This document shows positions 60,534 through 64,000 of a stretch of 64,000 nt of DNA, in pieces. The translations under genes were made by a program, and so were the position numbers. The first letter of the stretch is position 1; each line of letters starts with the position of its first letter. This DNA comes from an uncultured virus (IMG/VR IMGVR_UViG_3300010157_000055) (lineage: Duplodnaviria; Heunggongvirae; Uroviricota; Caudoviricetes). Under the pieces are notes generated by a model. That model did no database searches. It had not been told where the DNA came from and saw only the letters and a program-made list of their open reading frames with translations. Where the stretch lies: the IMG/VR virus record IMGVR_UViG_3300010157_000055. One strand, given 5' to 3'.

Positions 60534-61202
60534 ATGTGTTCAGTAAAGCCAACAGATACCGGAGCCAGACAAACTACAGAATCGGGTCAGATTTTTTACC
60601 CTGATACTCCTTCTGGCCATGCCGCAGCCACTGAAGATATGAAAGCAGCCGGAGGTGGTGGAGACAAAGGACACCCACCTGATAATACACCTCCACCAAC
60701 CGATTTTACTGATTGTTCAACATATTCAGATGATAAATGGGATACAGGCTGTAGTAAAAATTTCCGTTTTTCCCAAATGAAATATAAGCCAGTTGATGGA
60801 CAAGGAAGTGCGCCAAAAGCAGACTTGGCATGCAATTGGCAAAAATTATGTCAACAATGTTTAGACCCAATCAAAGCACAGTTTCCTGGTATGGCCATTA
60901 ATTCTGGATATCGCACACTGGCATATGACGCCACATTAGGTGGCACAGGAAAGGGCGATCACACATATGGTAAAGCCGCTGATATTTCTCTAGGCGGTCC
61001 AGAAGGTGCCAAACAAATGTTCAAATGGATTAGAGCAAACAACATACCATATAGCCAATTGATATTTGAAAATAATTGGGTACATATATCTCTGGGCGGT
61101 GGCTCTAATGCGGCGTCAGCGGTCGGAGTCACTAGAACAGGTACTGCACCATATCAATGGTATGCTAAAAATGCAACAAACTTGCCACCTGACCTAGCAT
61201 AA
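60534..61202 (+). CDS. Peptidase M15A-family muralytic enzyme
   Basis: LDPI...F....INSGYR, H..GKAADI and QLIFE..WVHIS. Confidence 0.85.
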   Translation: MCSVKPTDTGARQTTESGQIFYPDTPSGHAAATEDMKAAGGGGDKGHPPDNTPPPTDFTDCSTYSDDKWDTGCSKNFRFSQMKYKPVDGQGSAPKADLACNWQKLCQQCLDPIKAQFPGMAINSGYRTLAYDATLGGTGKGDHTYGKAADISLGGPEGAKQMFKWIRANNIPYSQLIFENNWVHISLGGGSNAASAVGVTRTGTAPYQWYAKNATNLPPDLA

Positions 61203-61212
61203 GTATCATACC

Positions 61213-63039
61213 ATGGCAGACATTCCAGTTATACCCGGCGTTTCAGTTACCCCAATGGGGATACTCAATAGACCAATCAAAGACATCATTTGTGCTATCC
61301 TTTTTGGTGGCATCAATAACATGCTCAAAGGAAATTTACTTTGTGTAAATTTAGACTTGGAAAAATTGTTAGATGAACCAATTGTTGCAGACATAAAAGC
61401 CGAGTTGACAGATCTAAAGAATGAACTCAAGGCCATGGAAGAAGCGTCTGGTATCAAAGATGTGCTTGGCCGAGTCAATCAGGGCATCGCTGAAGTTCAA
61501 AATCTACTGGCACTGGATGGCTTATGTAAAATTCCACTGAAGTGTCCTCCGATACCCGACATCCTGAACATGACCATTGACGCAGAGTTTGCCACTGCCA
61601 ATGCAATTTTGGATGATATTGGTAGATTAGAAAAACCAAAATTATGTATCAATGGTGCTGGTGGTCTCAATACTGGTTCATACAATCCCAGTAGCATCTT
61701 GGGTAGAATACAAAGCAACATTACCAGACTGGGAACTATTCCTGGTCATGAATTAGACATATTAAAAAGACAATTGACACGAGTGACTGCTGGACTAAAG
61801 GCCAGTCTCAATAGACAGTTGTTTCCAGATTTCAGACACAAGACAGATTTGACAACAGGCAGGCCATATGCTAAAGGTGGTGCTGGTGTAATACTGGCCA
61901 GTGCCGCTGAACAGACCAAACTGAAGGCCAAGATTGCCGCTGACTCAGCATCGCCTGCAGGCCTACTGGCATGGCAACAGGTAGCAAACATGCCTGGAGC
62001 ATCTGCCGCGGATATTCAAGCATCATATCCGCCAGGTGACGCCAGTCTAAAAGATGCAGTCAACATAGCACAGACTCTGGTAGGTGGAATGAAAAAGACT
62101 GCCAGTTATCCTTCCACAGCCAATGGAATTATAAATGCAAACATGTGGCCCGGTGTGTTGGGTCCAGACATATATGCTATGGCAGTACAGGCAATGAGTC
62201 CACAGGACCCGCTATTTGTACAACAAGATCCACTGTATGATTATTGCGGTAAGTTCATTGGATACAATGAAACAGTTATAACCGGCGACTCTGCATACAA
62301 AGGTGGCGACCCAAAGAAAGATGCTGTATTGAATCCACCCAAAACAAACTTTGAATTCAATTGGATCGCAGATAGACAATGTTGGGCAGTCACTGGCGTA
62401 CAAAGCGAGCAAGTGGTAAATGGAAGAAAGGACACTTATCTAGATGCAAATCCAGAAATTGAATTGCATCGAGGGTATAGTCATATTCTAAGTGTGCCAA
62501 GTGCTGACATCAGTGGATTCGTTATGAGTGGCGACTATCCAACAGCAACTAGTACGGCTCCAGAATTTTTTATATGTCGAGTTGGAAACGATCTAAGGCC
62601 ACTGATTGCCAATGGCGAAATTGTCAAGTTCAACATGGGACTAAGCAGACTTGAGACATCAGAAGTATTGGACAATGCCAATGGTTGGCTACCAAGTGAA
62701 ACAGAACATGCGGGTATTGATGGTCCAGAAGGATACAATCGTAGATTAGAAAACCCAATGGGTACCACATTGTATTTTTCAGTCGAACAACGACAATACT
62801 CGGGTACTGTTCCTCCGCTGTACCCAAGCAAGGACATTTGGTGGTATAATCCAACCACTCTTATAACACAACAGTGGATACCAGATGGCGAGGCCAGTGG
62901 TCAATGGGTTGTAGTATCTGATCAGGATAGAAACAATCATTGGTATGGATCAAGTCCTTTGCAGAGCGATATAAGTGCAAACTATCTGGCCTACAGTAAT
63001 CGAAATGGTTCAGTTTTTGGCCTATTAAAATTAATTTGA
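61213..63039 (+). CDS. Hypothetical late (baseplate-associated?) protein
   Basis: 608 aa; TAAGTA 7 nt before the ATG; follows PAAR and the peptidase. Confidence 0.65.
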   Translation: MADIPVIPGVSVTPMGILNRPIKDIICAILFGGINNMLKGNLLCVNLDLEKLLDEPIVADIKAELTDLKNELKAMEEASGIKDVLGRVNQGIAEVQNLLALDGLCKIPLKCPPIPDILNMTIDAEFATANAILDDIGRLEKPKLCINGAGGLNTGSYNPSSILGRIQSNITRLGTIPGHELDILKRQLTRVTAGLKASLNRQLFPDFRHKTDLTTGRPYAKGGAGVILASAAEQTKLKAKIAADSASPAGLLAWQQVANMPGASAADIQASYPPGDASLKDAVNIAQTLVGGMKKTASYPSTANGIINANMWPGVLGPDIYAMAVQAMSPQDPLFVQQDPLYDYCGKFIGYNETVITGDSAYKGGDPKKDAVLNPPKTNFEFNWIADRQCWAVTGVQSEQVVNGRKDTYLDANPEIELHRGYSHILSVPSADISGFVMSGDYPTATSTAPEFFICRVGNDLRPLIANGEIVKFNMGLSRLETSEVLDNANGWLPSETEHAGIDGPEGYNRRLENPMGTTLYFSVEQRQYSGTVPPLYPSKDIWWYNPTTLITQQWIPDGEASGQWVVVSDQDRNNHWYGSSPLQSDISANYLAYSNRNGSVFGLLKLI

Positions 63040-63064
63040 CAAGCCGATCAAATAAGTATATACT
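63036..63064 (+). promoter_or_regulatory. Sigma70 promoter of the tmRNA gene, overlapping a TAAGTA late motif
   Basis: TTGACA-N17-TATACT; TAAGTA at 63053-63058. Confidence 0.85.
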
Positions 63065-63068
63065 GTAA

Positions 63069-63361
63069 GTTATTGCTGTATGAAGCAAAGAGAAAAGTGT
63101 TCTGGACGGGGGTGCGAATCCCCCCAGGTCCACCATAAGCACATAGTTGTCCTAGATGAAAGAAACCTCTTAGGGCTCTAGTGGGGATTGTGTGCTTTTG
63201 ATGGGCCTGACCTAGATTCGACAGGGCAACAAGTAACAGAGTGGACAGCACGACAGCGATAGTCGTAAAAACTAAACAAAAGTAACCGCAAACGACTCAC
63301 AGTTCGCATTAGCGGCCTAACAGCCACTTAGGGTAAGACATACCTCGTAACAGAAACTCAG
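63069..63361 (+). ncRNA. ssrA: Circularly permuted two-piece tmRNA (acceptor piece about 63069-63135, intervening segment 63136-63202, coding piece 63203 to about 63361)
   Basis: T-arm GGGGG-TGCGAAT-CCCCC plus CAGGTCC-A-CCA lies upstream of GGGCCTG-ACCTAGATTCGAC; 7-bp acceptor stem with G3:U70; tag ANDSQFALAA-stop at 63288-63320. Confidence 0.95.
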
Positions 63362-63386
63362 AAAAGGTTGCTTCGGCAACCTTTTT
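63362..63386 (+). terminator. Intrinsic terminator of the tmRNA gene
   Basis: AAAAGGTTGC-TTCG-GCAACCTTTTT. Confidence 0.9.
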
Positions 63387-63437
63387 CTTTATAAGTATTT
63401 TTATAATACGAACATTATCACACTAAAGAATATATCA

Positions 63438-63893
63438 ATGGCTGAAATATTAATTGCAACAGAACAAGATAAAAGCGGCACAGATGTGACAATTTATATG
63501 GCGCAAACAATTGCCGGAAGTCCGGTGTATCCATTTTATTTAAAAAATTATGCAGAATTAATGGATGCAGGTTTGGCTCAATCTCTGCTGTATTCATCAA
63601 ATCGAACCAAAGCAGTATATGCAACGATTGACAATAAGGTTGTTGGAAACATAGTTTATGAAATACAAGAAGATGTTTTCAAGTCCTGCTACTTGTTGTT
63701 TAGTGCAGTTGACGAAAATTTTAGACAGCGTGGAATTTTGAAATTGATGCACAACCACTTTGAAGTTATTATTAAAAAACAAGGTGCAAAAAAATTGTAC
63801 AGCTTTGTCCATGTAGATAATGCGCCCCGAATCGCCAGTTGTGTGGGCCTAGGTTTAGAAAAGCAATTTTATAAAATGTATAAAGTGTTGTAA
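63438..63893 (+). CDS. GNAT-family acetyltransferase
   Basis: KVVG.I, AVDENFRQRGI (motif A) and VHVDN.......GLG. Confidence 0.8.
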   Translation: MAEILIATEQDKSGTDVTIYMAQTIAGSPVYPFYLKNYAELMDAGLAQSLLYSSNRTKAVYATIDNKVVGNIVYEIQEDVFKSCYLLFSAVDENFRQRGILKLMHNHFEVIIKKQGAKKLYSFVHVDNAPRIASCVGLGLEKQFYKMYKVL

Positions 63894-63933
63894 AAATACA
63901 ACACTTGACCATTGTTTCCCTTTGTGCTATAAT
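63885..63933 (+). promoter_or_regulatory. Palindromic operator abutting a sigma70 promoter
   Basis: GTGTTGTA-AAAA-TACAACAC immediately followed by TTGACC-N17-TATAAT (extended -10). Confidence 0.85.
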
Positions 63934-63956
63934 ACTGTATGAAACAGGAGAATCAT

Positions 63957-64000
63957 ATGGAATTAGTAGAAAGAGCCAGAATTTTTGCAACAGCGGCCCA
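63957..64000 (+). CDS. Start of a probable HD-domain (SpoT/Mesh1-like) hydrolase, truncated by the window edge
   Basis: AGGAG RBS; MELVERARIFATAA(H) fits the A..FA..AH opening of that family; only about 15 codons are visible. Confidence 0.5.
   Translation, partial: MELVERARIFATAA

Noticed and set aside
63104..63135. Stand-alone tRNA-Ala or tRNA fragment (attachment site)
   Set aside because: There is no anticodon or D arm upstream. The matching acceptor 5' strand and a tag frame lie downstream, which fits a permuted tmRNA.
62861..63251. Minus-strand ORFs 62861..63142 and 63048..63251
   Set aside because: They are antisense to the tmRNA and the upstream gene and have no recognisable motifs.
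1..64000. Stop-codon reassignment
   Set aside because: Conserved genes are intact in the standard code, and TAA, TGA and TAG all occur as apparent gene ends.

Overview
This is a gene-dense 64-kb segment of a large T4-superfamily myovirus read in the standard genetic code, probably with a proteobacterial host (inferred from sigma70 promoters, an E. coli-type class Ia RNR and an ssrA tag ending ALAA). It holds a head module (portal end, protease, scaffold, major capsid), two long repeat-rich fibre proteins, neck, tail and terminase genes, and a collagen-like protein. It also holds a recombination/replication set (gp32, UvsX, UvsY, UvsW, primase, helicase and a 194-aa miniature DnaE-type polymerase), an RNA ligase, NrdA/NrdB/glutaredoxin, PAAR and an M15 peptidase. 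The most striking feature, missed by the ORF track, is a complete circularly permuted two-piece tmRNA gene at about 63069-63361 with its own promoter and terminator, followed by a GNAT gene and the start of a probable HD-domain gene. Other highlights are a ligase-fold protein that appears to carry a capsid-targeting leader, an FG-repeat holin-like protein, systematically leaderless transcripts, RBS-sequestering hairpins built around late promoters, and a repeated palindromic operator. All product calls come from motif recognition by eye; no database search was run.
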